From the NCBI GenBank assembly GCA_013239625.1, contig MU053873.1, positions 12,524 to 76,523 of the forward strand: a stretch of DNA of 64,000 nt. The letters are read 5' to 3'. Positions within the stretch are counted from its first letter, which is position 1. Each line of letters opens with the position of its first letter. Made by a program: the position numbers and the translations under genes. Source of the DNA: Lama guanicoe (taxonomy: Eukaryota). The notes beneath the pieces were generated by a model that saw only the letters and a program-made list of their open reading frames with translations, searched no databases and was not told the origin of the DNA. Positions 48,101 to 60,100 of the stretch are shown piece after piece.

Positions 48101-51100
48101 ACCTACCTCCCCCACCTCCCTTGGCTCTCTCCTATCTATCTCTCAGGTTTCAAACTGTCACCTTCTCTGAGGCCCCTGTCTGGGTTGAGATGTGTTTCCA
48201 CAGCTCCTGTGCTGGCCCATCAGAGCACTCACCTCGGGACCGCGGTGACCTGGTTACTTATCAGTCTCCCCAACCAGACTGTAAACTCCTGAAAGACAAG
48301 AGCCGTGCATGATTGAGCCTTATATGTTATACTTTCAGTGTCTGGTTCAAAATAGATGCTTAATCATATCATTTGGACAAATGGATGGATGCATGAATTG
48401 GAGTATGAATTTGAAAATGGATGGTGAATTGATGAATGGATGAGTCAATTAACAGATGGATGGACAGATGGACAGATGGCTGGGTGGATAATGAATAGGT
48501 AATGGATGGTGGGCGGATGGTGGGTGGATGGTGGATGGATGGTGAGTGGATGGTGGGTGGATGGCTGGTAAATGCATTCCCTGTTTTGTCCACTCATTCC
48601 TGAGGACAGAGTAAGAGGCTGGGAGAAGCCCTGAGGGGTCACGTGCTGTGGTCATGACCTCCCAAGTTCTGAGCCTGCACCCTGATCTTTGCTCTCATCC
48701 TTGCAGCTGGGGAGGAAGATTGAGACCATAGTGATGATATTTGACTGTGAAGGCCTGGGACTGAAGCACTTCTGGAAACCCTTGGTGGAAGTGTACCAGG
48801 AGGTGAGGAGAAGGCCCCTGGGCGCCCTGCTTGCTTTAACGACCAGTTTGGTCTGGTGTCACCTTGCTGTTCACTCAGAGCCAGGATTTGGTAAAATGTG
48901 GTGGTCTCCCTGGGCCCCATCACTGGAACTCAGGACCCAGAGATATGTTTCTTGGAAGAGGCCTCAGGGGCAACACTGTACTAAGACCCCAGGGGCCAGC
49001 TTCTGACAAAGCCTCCCCAGCCCTGTCATCCCTAGCTCTGTGACTCCGGCAAGTCACTTTATCCCTCCATGCTTTGTCGTCCTCACCCACAAAATGGGGC
49101 TACTGACAGTCTGAGTTTCAAAAGGATGTAGGGATACTTAAGTGAGTTGATATGTAAAGTGTATACACAGTGCTTGGCAAATTGTGAACGTTTAATAAAC
49201 AGTGGTCATTACTATTACTGTACTCCCATTGCTGTACTATTTACTCTAAAAATGATTATGATGATGTAATTATTATTCGGGTGTGGTTGCAATAGTCCGT
49301 GGTGGGCTGTGGGAACATAGGGGCCAGTGGAGGTGATGGAAGAAAGGGAAACCTTTCACAGCCCTCTGGATGGGGGTAGCAGAAGAAGGGGTGTGGGCTC
49401 TGATGGGGTCTTCCTTGATTCCACAGTTCTTTGGCCTCCTTGAAGAGAATTATCCAGAGACCCTGAAGACCATGCTAATTGTGAAAGGTGTGTGGCAAAT
49501 GACTTCACTCCCCTGTGCCTTTGTTTCCTCATCTATACCCTGGGAGCAGTAATAGTGCCTTCTTCCCTGAGTAGCAGTGAAGCAGGTTGGTTACTTGGCT
49601 GCATGCACATCACTCAGAGTGCCTGGAACAGAGTAAGTGGTCCATAAATTGTAACTTCCATGGTTGGTTTTACTGCAAGAAGAGTTAGCTTCAACCCCAG
49701 CTCTTCCAGGAATCCCTCCTCACTTCTCCCACTGTGTTGATTTCTCCCTCCCTAAACTGCCTCTGGCACTGGCAGCTGGTTCAGCCCAGTCTGACCTTTC
49801 CTATCTACTGCCTTCTGGGGCCTCCAGTTGTCTTGTGTGTGTGTTCATCCTGATTTCCTTGGGTTGCCTGCTCCTTGAAGACAAGACCTCTGTTTCTCCA
49901 CTTCTGTTGTATCCCTCACAGGCCTGGGACCAGGTGGAAACTCAATAGGCTTTTGGGTGGCTGTTCTTTGCATGGGTGGGTGGATGGAAAGGTGGCTGTA
50001 TGTTAGATGATTGGTTGACTGGTTGATTTATTGCTTACTTGGTTGCCTAGTTGACTGGCCAGTTGGCTGGCTGGCTAGATGACTGACTGGTGGTTCGTTG
50101 GATGGTTGTTAACTTGGTAGACTGATTGAGTAACTAGTTAGCATTTTGGTTGGCTATGAGGGTGAGTGGGCAGTTGGCAGACTGGTTAGTTGGTTGGCTG
50201 GTTTGTTGTTTGGTTGGATCTTGGATGGTTGACTACTGGTTGTTTGAATGGTTGGCTGGTTGGTTATTTGAATGGTTGACTAGTTGGAAAAGGCAGTTGT
50301 TTGGGTAGTTAGGTGGTTGTTCAATTGGCTGATTGGTTTGATGATTGGCAGACATGTTGATTGGTTCTTTGACTATTCGGTAGGTTGACTGATTGGTTGG
50401 TAGGCTGATTGATGGCTGGTTAGAAGGTGAATTGATTAGCTATTTGTTGGTTGGTTTGTTAGCTGTTTGATATATTGGTTGATTGGATGGTTGGTTAGTT
50501 GGCTGCTTGTTGTTTTGACTGACCAGTTGGTTGGATGATTTGTCAGGTGCAGGGCATTGGAACTTGCCAAAGTAATTCATGATTCCTCCATATTGTTGAC
50601 TATGACTGTTATGGTGAAAGTGGCCCAATGGAATTATTTTTACCATTATACTTGCTTATATCTCTCCAGCCACCAAACTGTTCCCTGTGGGATACAACCT
50701 CATGAAGCCCTTCCTGAGTGAGGACACTCGCAGGAAAATTGTAGTGTTGGGAAGTAAGTAGTTTCAGCTCCATTCTCTGAGTTCTGTGCATGAACTTTGG
50801 AGTAAGTTTGGTCCATCACACCAGCCAGAGGTACAGGCATCACCTAGAGTCAGAGGCGCCTCATTCTCAAAGATGAAGGGTGTCTTACTCTATAGAGTCT
50901 ATTCAGTTACCTCCTCCTTACTCCCTGCCATACCTCTTCAGTGACTAAGGCCTCCATGTCTTCTTCCTAGTTTCAGTTTGGTTTCTAGTCAACCCCTGGG
51001 CTATGGGCCTCAGTTTCCTTTTAATACTCATCACTTCAGTGCTTCTAAAGGCAATTTGGGCTGAGGAGGACAAGGAAGAAGAGCAGGAAGAGATGTGATT

Positions 51101-54100
51101 CAGAGGAGGAAGACTCAATAAGAAGGGACTGGATAAATAAACACAATGCATCCACTTGGTGGATTATTGGGCAGCCATGAAAAATGATTTGATGTCGTAG
51201 GAAATGCCATTGAGTTAAAAGGAGATTATAAAGTGGTGTGGATAGTATGATCTTATTTTTGTAAAAACAAAAATGTATTTCTAGAAGGAAATAGAACAAA
51301 ATGCTGGTTTGTGGATAGCAAGAAATCAGGTGGCTTTTTATTTTTTATATTTCTGTACTTTTAAAATTTTTTAAATTACATATACTACTTTTATAAGTAG
51401 GTAAAATTATTTACTTTAATGACAGGGAAAGAGAAAGAAAAAGAGAGGAGAAATAGTTCTTAAAATCAAACAGTGACCTGATAATTTGGAGGATAATTTC
51501 TCACTAGCAGAATGGTCAAATCATCAAATCAGGTGGTCTAAGGACCTGGGGGGATGGGTATAAATCTTACAAATCCTTGTTTTCTCTCCCTTCCTGATAC
51601 CTGAGTCTCTGTCTCTGCCCAGTTCCACTGGGGTAGGGAACCAGGTGGATCACAAAATAGCCCCCAAATCCTGGAGCAGTGTGGGTAACTGCCATATTCC
51701 AGATTCAAGTCCAAGGTTCTGCCCCACTTGGTGGTGCACAGGGCTCTGTGCACGTGGCCCTGGTGTGCCAAGCATTGTGGTCTTTCCTCTCATCCCACTG
51801 GTATCAAGGAATCTCCCAAGACCACAGGCGGGGATAGCCCAGGTTGGTTATGCGGCTGGGGTCATGGGACAGCGGGGACCCAGAACACTTAGAGCTTTGC
51901 ATAGAGCATGAAGAACAATAATGGGTATTATGGCTGAGGAGATTAAGAAGCAAAAGGAGGAAGGTCTTTTCAAAGGTACAGGGCCATCCGTCTTCCACCC
52001 AGAGGTCTGACTTGGGTATGCCACTGGCACCTTGTATGGCCCCCAACAAGTCCTTGACCTCATTGGGCTTTTTATATTTCCATATAGTAAAGACCTCATT
52101 GGGCTTTAAAGTCTCCTTGAGACAGTTAAATAACTCTTATCTTGACTTCTCATGACTGGAAGACCCTCAAAAATGTGCAAAGCCATTAGCTAGGGGAAAA
52201 CATGTTTTTATATCAACATGATGCTGGAAGATACTTTCTGTAGCCAGAGGCCTGGGTAGCTAAGGAATTGGCCCTGGCAGCCTAGCTCCCTTAGGGCTTC
52301 TCCCCAGGCTCAGGTCCTCCTGGTAGGAGTGCATCCCCTCCATGCTCAATAATCACCCTTCAACTCCTCTGCCCACAGGCAACTGGAAGGAAAGTTTGCT
52401 AAAACTCATCAGTCCTGAGGAACTGCCTGCTTATTTTGGGGGGACCCTGACCGATCCAGATGGGAACCCCAAATGTTTAACTAAGGTATGAAGAGCCCCA
52501 GGACAGGGGAGGGAAGAGGAGTATAGCTGGGTTCTTTCTCACCTACTCATTCATTCCACAAATGTCTATGGAGAGACTCCTGTGGGCCAGGTATTGAATA
52601 AGTGCCAGTCCTGCCTTAACAGAGCAAGAAATGAGGACATTTTGATCCAGAGGGATGAGCTGGAAGGAGAATTTCAAGAAGAGGCCCAGACCCAGGTTGG
52701 AGGGTCAGAGGAGGCTTCCCCTGGGAGTGGGGAAGGACAGGATAAGCAGGTACTGCAGGATGTGGTTAAAGCATCTCAGGCAGGAGAAACAGCATGAAAG
52801 AGCATGAACAAGAGGGGAGAAAGCCCATTCTGTTCCTTGTCCACAGATCAACTATGGTGGGGAGATCCCCAAGGCTATGTACGTGCGGGACCAGGTGAAG
52901 ACTCAGTACGAGCACTCGGTGCAGATCAGCCGAGGCTCCTCGCACCAGGTGGAGTACGAGATCCTGTTCCCAGGCTGTATCCTCAGGTAAGGGACAGGCT
53001 ACTGACCCACCCCTGGCTGGGCCCTAGCCCCTCGGGGACCCGTCAGACTGAGCAGCAACTTGTCTCTGTCCCTCCCCCAACACAGGTGGCAGTTCTCATC
53101 TGATGGTGCAGACATTGGCTTTGGTGTTTTCCTGAAGACCAAGATGGGGGAGCGGCAGCGGGCTGGGGAGATGACAGAGGTGCTACCCAGCCAGCGCTAT
53201 AATGCCCACATGGTACCCGAGGACGGGAGCCTCACCTGCCCAGAAGCTGGTGTCTGTAAGTCTGCCCTGGCTGGGTCCCAGCTCTGGAAGGTTGGAGCTA
53301 TCTGTCCCATGGCTTAGAGGAAGAAACAGAGGGGTAGTGACATTGAGCTTAGGTCAGTGCCATTCATCTATACTGTCACTCATTTGGTCCACACTCAAGA
53401 GCACGTATGATGTGCCAAGAACCAGAGACAAATGGGCCCTGAAGGGACTGACAGTACTCGGGCCACAGGACCCAGGCAAGGGACAATAGGGCAGGTGCAA
53501 CTTTCCCCAGGAGGAAACTGGGGGCTCTGAGAGGTAAATCAGAATCCAGAGTCACACAGTTGAGTGTGGTGCCAGGGTCCCATGTCCGCCTTGTAGTTAC
53601 ATAACTCTGGGCAAAAGTCTTACCAGCCGGGACCCTTGGTTTGCTCCCCTGTGAAGCAGAGGTTACAACCTCTGTCTCTCAGGGTGCTTGTGAGGGGGCA
53701 GAAGGCATGTGCAGGCCTCACCCAGTACCCTACTTCACCTAAGGGGTCTGGGAGGCCTCTGATGTTCCCAGCTGCTGTCCTTGCACACCCATTATGTGAG
53801 TTCCCAGGTGTGGAGACAATAGGATGCAGTAGCCATTGTTCTCAGTGAAGTTGATGCAACTAAAGCCAGGCTGGGCACGTGCCAGGAGGAGGTCTGCGTC
53901 TGTTTACAGGCCCTGCTCAGGCGTGGCAGTTCCCAGGGGGAAAGGAACAGGAGTAGAGGAATTGGGCCCAGCCTGGCAAACACGGAAGTGGGACTACAGC
54001 CTGTCCTCCCCCACGGCTGGGGCAGGGTGCAGGGAGTGTGAAGCCAGACGCATACCCATCTGTCCATCTGTCCCCTCAGATGTCCTGCGCTTCGACAACA

Positions 54101-54201
54101 CCTATAGCTTTGTCCACGCCAAGAAGGTCAGCTTCACGGTGGAGGTGCTGCTCCCGGATAAGGGCATGCAGAAATACGACGAGGAGCTCACCGCTGTCTA
54201 G
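45068..54201 (+). CDS. SEC14L3: SEC14-like lipid-binding protein 3 (CRAL-TRIO + GOLD), 12 coding exons, 400 aa
   Basis: join(45068..45121,46005..46080,46337..46380,46500..46559,47587..47775,48707..48802,49427..49487,50670..50753,52379..52485,52847..52986,53086..53255,54080..54201) = 1203 nt, GT-AG introns, same exon sizes as SEC14L4. Peptides [33 protein letters not shown] and GMQKYD are SEC14L3-type. Confidence 0.95.
46005..46080 (+). CDS. SEC14L3: SEC14L3 coding exon 2
   Basis: [25 protein letters not shown], 76 nt. Confidence 0.95.
46337..46380 (+). CDS. SEC14L3: SEC14L3 coding exon 3
   Basis: [15 protein letters not shown], 44 nt. Confidence 0.95.
46500..46559 (+). CDS. SEC14L3: SEC14L3 coding exon 4
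   Basis: [20 protein letters not shown], 60 nt. Confidence 0.95.
47587..47775 (+). CDS. SEC14L3: SEC14L3 coding exon 5
   Basis: VVQKYMPGG...DLQTQR, 189 nt. Confidence 0.95.
48375..48575. repeat. Degenerate (GGAT)n repeat
   Basis: Direct reading. Confidence 0.85.
48707..48802 (+). CDS. SEC14L3: SEC14L3 coding exon 6
   Basis: [32 protein letters not shown], 96 nt. Confidence 0.95.
49427..49487 (+). CDS. SEC14L3: SEC14L3 coding exon 7
   Basis: [20 protein letters not shown], 61 nt, GTGTGT donor. Confidence 0.92.
49950..50540. repeat. Degenerate (GGTT/GGCT/GATT)n tetranucleotide repeat in SEC14L3 intron 7
   Basis: Direct reading. Confidence 0.85.
50670..50753 (+). CDS. SEC14L3: SEC14L3 coding exon 8
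   Basis: [28 protein letters not shown], 84 nt. Confidence 0.95.
52379..52485 (+). CDS. SEC14L3: SEC14L3 coding exon 9
   Basis: [35 protein letters not shown], 107 nt. Confidence 0.95.
52847..52986 (+). CDS. SEC14L3: SEC14L3 coding exon 10
   Basis: [17 protein letters not shown]...FPGCILR, 140 nt. Confidence 0.95.
53086..53255 (+). CDS. SEC14L3: SEC14L3 coding exon 11
   Basis: [13 protein letters not shown]...CPEAGV, 170 nt. Confidence 0.95.
54080..54201 (+). CDS. SEC14L3: SEC14L3 last coding exon
   Basis: [19 protein letters not shown]...DEELTAV*, TAG at 54199-54201. Confidence 0.95.
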
Positions 54202-54893
54202 GCAGCCCCTCACTCACCAGAGACCCCTGACCCTCTGCTTTCTGTTGATATATCTCACTCTCCCCCCCAGAAATTACTTGTCAGTCCTCTTGACTCTGTT
54301 ACATTACTGAGTAGAGAAAGGGCTACCTTGGGGAAAATTCATAGGCAATGGTCAGATCAGGAAAGGTATGAGAGGCATAGCCCTGGAGGATGCCGAGGCT
54401 GCAGAAAAGGAGGAAGCCAGGGTAAAAGCAAGAGGTGGGTGTCCTTAAAACCCAAGAAATGGGAAAATGAATTTCCTAGCCTTTGTCCTTGCTTCTTCTA
54501 AGGCATTTGTGTGTGGTTGAATTTCTTCTGATTTATCAGCAAATTGGGTTGGAGGTGTGTCTAAATTCTTTTTACTTCTACTCCTGGTATAGTAGATACT
54601 CAGTGTATACTTGTGGAGCTGAATGGAGGTATGGAGCAGGTGATTCATGGGTGTGCATGAGAAGTCTACCAGGGCAGGTTTCAGCACCTCGGACAGGGAC
54701 AGGGCTGTGATGGAGTGGGACTCTCCTGGAGACCCAGGTGATCTAGCCCCCAGATTTCTGGCAGTGGCTGCCCTCCTGGGTAGGTAGGAGATGCTTACAG
54801 AAGGCTTCGTCTGACTTGGGGCACACAGCTTCCCCAACACATCACTCCCACCCTCGCTGCCTTCCCTTGGAATTAACAACTGTGTTTTAAGCA

Positions 54894-54899
54894 ATTAAA
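54894..54899 (+). terminator. Candidate SEC14L3 polyadenylation signal (ATTAAA)
   Basis: First canonical-type hexamer noticed after the stop (~690 nt downstream). Confidence 0.45.
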
Positions 54900-57016
54900 A
54901 GCACTTTCCTAGAAGCAAAGGAAGTCATGTCTGGCTTGAGCTGCTGCCTGGTAATAATGAAAACAAACAACACAGCTGTCATTCAGTTAGTTCTATGTAC
55001 CATACAGAGTGCCAAACGCTTTATAAGTTTAGCTCACTCACGCCTGCCCTGAGGCTACATAGCATGGCCACTTATGCATAAGGAAACTAAGGCTCAGAGA
55101 GGTGAAGTCACTCACCCAACATCACACAGCTCTTAAGTGGCAAACTCACTCCCACTCCGTATCCCTAGTTGGTGGGAAGCAGGCCTCCAGCTCCTGATCT
55201 CTAGGGCTCCAGTCTCATCCAGGGGTCAGAGGCTTCCCTCTAGCTCTGAGTGTCCAGGGTGTGGCATGGGGAGGGAAAGAAACCCCACTTTGTAGCCTTG
55301 GCCAACGGGTCCCCCATTCCACAGTGGTCAGCAGGCAGTATAGGGGCAGGAAGACCAAGGCCAGCAGGCTCCCCACTGTGTGTGAAGGGAAGTTGTGTCC
55401 CAGCTCCCACGGCCCAGAAATGTGAGGGAGGAGACAGGGAAAGAAAGGCCTCAGCTGTCCTTGGGAGGCAAAGATGGTAACTGCAGGCTGCTTCCCTTAA
55501 GAGAGAGGGATTGAATTTGGCAGCTGAGGCTGAAAGTCTGAGCCACTTACCCAGGGCAACCTGTGGGCAGAGAATGAGCCAAGTCCCTGCTGTGCTAAGT
55601 GGGCGCCAGATGCCCCCCGCCACCTTCCCCAGGAACCCAGTGCTACAGCAGCCTCTCCAGAAAATCCACCTTCACATCACACACTTAAGGTCAGGTTTGT
55701 CCCCAGGCACATGGTACCAACACATACAAGTGCCAGAGCGAGTTGAGGCAAGACCAGAGCTCTAGGGAAATAGAAGGCATTATTGCATATATATAAAAGG
55801 TGATTTAGTTGTTTTCTGAAGGGGCCCCTGTCTCCCTGCTTTCCTCGGTGGTGGACTGGGACACGCTATCTGTCTCCTCCTCAGAAGATAGTCTCTCCAT
55901 TGCCCCGACTACCAGCTGCCTCTCTTCAGTGTCTGGCCTGGCCAGGACCCGCCCTCAGTGTGTTCCCTAGCCAGCCTAGAGGGCAGCTCAGTGGGAAGGT
56001 CTTGAACACATTCCTCAGGGTCAGCAGAATCAGGACCAGCAGCAGAGTGATGCAGCCGACGGCCAGAACCACTGCCAGCCAGTCCTTCAGCGTCTTACAG
56101 GAGGCTGGGAAGGACTGGGCCAGAGCACCTCAGGACTGCCCAGAGGTGTGGGGCGGGCCATGCAGGGCACTTAGAACTGCCCCTGAGCCTTCAATGACTC
56201 ATCAAAAGCCAGAAGCCTGCAGGGAAGCTGGGGACAGGCCAGGCCAGAGGGGATGGGCCCGAGAATGAGTGTCCATGAACCTGGATGGTAGTGGGGGGAC
56301 CAGTCCTCTTAGGGTCTCGGCTGCCTCCCAGCCCTGTACCTACCTTTGAACCACGACATCGGTGGCTTCTTGACCTTCAGAGGCCCTGCAACCACAATAT
56401 AGATATTCCCTTCTCCTTGGAATTCTGTGGTGGGGGGGCCCATATCTTTGTCCCCCTGCCTCTAGCCACTGGTGGAGGCTCAGAGCTGGTTTACTCCTGA
56501 GTAGGTGTGTGTTCACCTGCTAAATGGGGGCTGGGGGCAGTGAGATGTCACCTATCGGGGTTTACATGAAAATAACTGAAGAACACAAACACCCATTCAC
56601 ACAGTACTTGTTTGTTTCTAATACCTCCCTCCATTCTGCGGATTATTAAACCGTCATAAATGTGGAAGAGGACTCTCACCAACAGAGCATTCTGGGGAGT
56701 ATTACAAAAACTGGACCATTATATTAATGTACGGATGTAACAAAGTTGCCCCAGTCTTCCATCATCCAGAGGGACAGAGGTCACAGTGCCCTGGTTCCTC
56801 CATCTGTAATCACATCTATCAAAACCTCTCTGCAGTGAGTGGGCCTTCCCAGCCTGCTGTGCGATCCTTGGGCCAGACTCCATCCCAGACTTGCTGCTGC
56901 ACATGGAAGTGTGAGACCCCGAGTGTCGCCTCACGCTGGTCAGAGCTCAGCCAGATCCAAGGCTGTGGGTTTCACATCCCAGCTCTGGATCCCTTCCTGC
57001 TGCCACTCTCAGGGGT

Positions 57017-57180
57017 GAGGGTTGCCAAATAAAATACAGGACACTCGATTAATTCTCTAAAACTTTAGTATAAATGTATCTCTTGTGATATTTGGGACAT
57101 GGTTATACTAAAAAATTCCCTGTTCCTCTGACATTCAAGTTTAACTCCTGTATTTTTATTTGCTAAATCTGGCAAACCTA
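57017..57180. mobile_element. MER53-like palindromic hAT MITE
   Basis: Termini AGGGTTGCCA...TGGCAAACCTA, internal palindrome, degenerate 8-bp TSD TCAGGGGT/TCAGAGGA. Confidence 0.8.
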
Positions 57181-60100
57181 TCAGAGGATCCAGCACCCCT
57201 TTCCTGGACTGACCTCCCAGCTCTGCCCAAAATAGCCCTGAGAGGGGAATCAGTAACTGAAGGAGAATCCCCAGGCTTCCAGCTGGGCCTGGGGCACGGC
57301 CCTCACCTCATCCTCTTCCATGTCATTGTTGAGCATGAAGGCCTCCATGCTGAACTGCAATGTCTCATTATTCTGCCAGGACCAAGGGCTGGACCTGGGG
57401 CCTATTGAGAGGCGCCCGGGGGACAGACAAGAGGCCTGAGGGACCATCACCTCAGAGACTGGTTGAAACAAGTTTCCTGAGAAGCCACAGGAAGACTCAC
57501 ACTGCGGGAACTTCTTTCTCCTTAAAGCCACGTTAAAGAATGTTTACTCCATTACTAGGGCCTGGGGACAGATGTGTTTAGCCTGAGCAAAGGGCAGAAG
57601 TTACAAAGTCAAGCACGAGTGACAAGACTCTCAGGCCCGTATAGCCACTCAGTCTGCATCCTGACTGGGAAGGACAGCACCTCTTTGCCGAGCTACTTAC
57701 AGCCCAGTTGGGCAGGGTCAGACCTTGGCAAGTTTAGACCAAGCACCAAAAAACAGTGGTTACCATGACCAAGTGCAAAAGACAGACCTCTACACATGAT
57801 TACACCAGTGGCCCAGCTAAGCAAGACCCCAGGATAGAGATAAGCTCTCTGTCCCCCTCTGTCTACTTTCCCACCCCTTGCAGCCCCATAGACGCCTGGT
57901 TGAAGACGAGGGTGTATATCCTCTGGGAGCAGTTGAGGTACTGGCTCTGGGAGCCCACACACTTGTCCACATAGAGTTTCATGGCCCAGTTTAACACCGG
58001 CTGGATGTGGGCTCTAGGGTCAGCCATGAGCCTTCCACACAGGGAGGTGGCGAGGCACCCGAGGGAAGTGAGGGAAGAGAGTTACTCCTGGTACGTAGTC
58101 CTGGCTACCACCTAACAAGCATCTAGTGCATGCCTGGGAGATCACAGCCATTATTCTACTCTTTCCTGAGTGGTCCTAGAAGTGTTATGCCCATTTTACA
58201 GATGGGGTGATGGAGGCTCAGAGAGGTCCTTGAACTTCAGTTCTCTTACCTGGCCTCATCTACCAAATGGGTGCACACCTGTCCCACCAGGGGTGGAAGA
58301 CTGAGGCCAGGAACAGGATGGTGTACATGGCCCACATTCTGACCTCCCTGGGAAGTCCTCAGGGGTTCACTCTCCATCCCCTCCATACACACCAGGCCAA
58401 GACTCACCAGGCGGTATCGGGAGGGTCACCTGCAGGGGCTGTGTGTTGAGGGCTGAGGAGTCCTTGGAGGGGGTGTTGGGCAGGGTCCACGATGGGCTAG
58501 CTGCAGGAGAGCTGTTTGCCTGCCCCCCGAGGAGCAGCCTGGGCTGGGGGGCTGCCAAGGGAGAGGCACTACAGGTCAAGGGGGTCTGGTGGGTCTCCAC
58601 AGTCAGACTGGAGGGCAAGGCCTGGGCAAGTTCCTCTAGAGGTGGGTAATGGGAGTGGGAGGACTGGATAAGCTGCTCAGATAAGCCTGACCAGCTCTCA
58701 GCATCCTCCCAGCTGCCACTGGGGGCTATTCCACATATCCCATGTGGACCACACAACTGCCCCTATTTTACAGATGTGGAAACTGAGGTTGGGAAGTCCT
58801 GCTACCCTCTGCCTAAGGTTACATGCAGCTATTAGCTGCAGAACTTAGATTCAAACTCCCAAGCAAGGGCTCTTCCAGAAATATTTAAAGATTGGAGTTG
58901 TTAGATGGCAAGATTCAGACGATACCAAATGGTATTAAAATAAAAGCTAAGTTTACCTTTACCCTAGCCCTACAAGTAACTGTGTGTCAGTGTGAGCAGC
59001 TGGCCTGTGTGTAGGCAGACTCATCCCTGCATGGTCTCCAGCTGATTCTTTTTACTGTTTGGGCTCCTGACCACCTTGCCATGCTGCCTCTAAGAGGGAT
59101 TATCTTGAACCAGAGGGTCTAGGGCAGACCAAATACCCAAAAGAAGCTGGAGGGTTTTTTAAAAAGAAGAATTTAAGGCAGTTGTTTAGTGTTTGCTGAG
59201 CATCTACGTACAGCATGCCAGGCTCTGCCTTAGAGGCCAAGTGTGCAGGATGGGAGTGAACCCCTACCCTTGAGTTTGGCCTGGCCAGGGAGTGCAAACC
59301 TTAAAAAGCAGGACTGCCCTGGACTCAGGAGGTTCCTGCTCAGCCTGGGACAAGGCTGAAAGGATCCCCAGGTGCAGGGTGAAGGTCAGGGAGGCAGAGG
59401 AGGAGGTGACCCAGGGCCCTGGTGTCCTAGGCTCTCGGTGGGGTAGGCAGGAAGGGACCCCACGGGGCTTTGGGAGGTGGGGCTGAGTGTTGGAGGACAC
59501 CCGACAGAGTGACTCACTGGCCATCAGAAAGGAAGTCCCCTCCTCCCAGTATCCCTAGGATGCTGATTCCAGCTCCTGTGGTGGCCCAGGCCAGGTGTGC
59601 TGGGATGAATTATCTGGAGGGGGCTCACCAGATGCACTGCTAGCAGGAGGAGGCTCAGCTCAGGGGTGGGGAGGACAAGAGAAAGGCCCCACCACCATCA
59701 CCCCCACTCCCAAGGGAGACCCATTGCCCGGCCCTTACCAAGAAGCAAGATCAGAGCAACAACCTGCAGAAGCCCCCTGGGGGCAGCCATAATGAGAAGA
59801 AACATTGTCCACCCCTCACAAGCCTCCTTAAATTGGCCCAGAGGAGGCTGAGGAAGGAATGAGCCTCACCTGGAGCCCACAGGTGAGCCTACGGCACGGC
59901 TGAGCTGGGCCAGGCCAAGCATTTCCATGTTCCCCTACCTCTGCCCCTCCACCTGCCTGCAGTGCCTTCTGATTTTAGAAAAGGCTCTGAAGCCCTCCTC
60001 ACTCACACGGGATCTAATAAGGATAGTAAGAGAGCTGACTTAACTTTCTCATCTGTAGGATGATAATGGCGGCACCTATTACAGAAGGTATTATGAAGGT

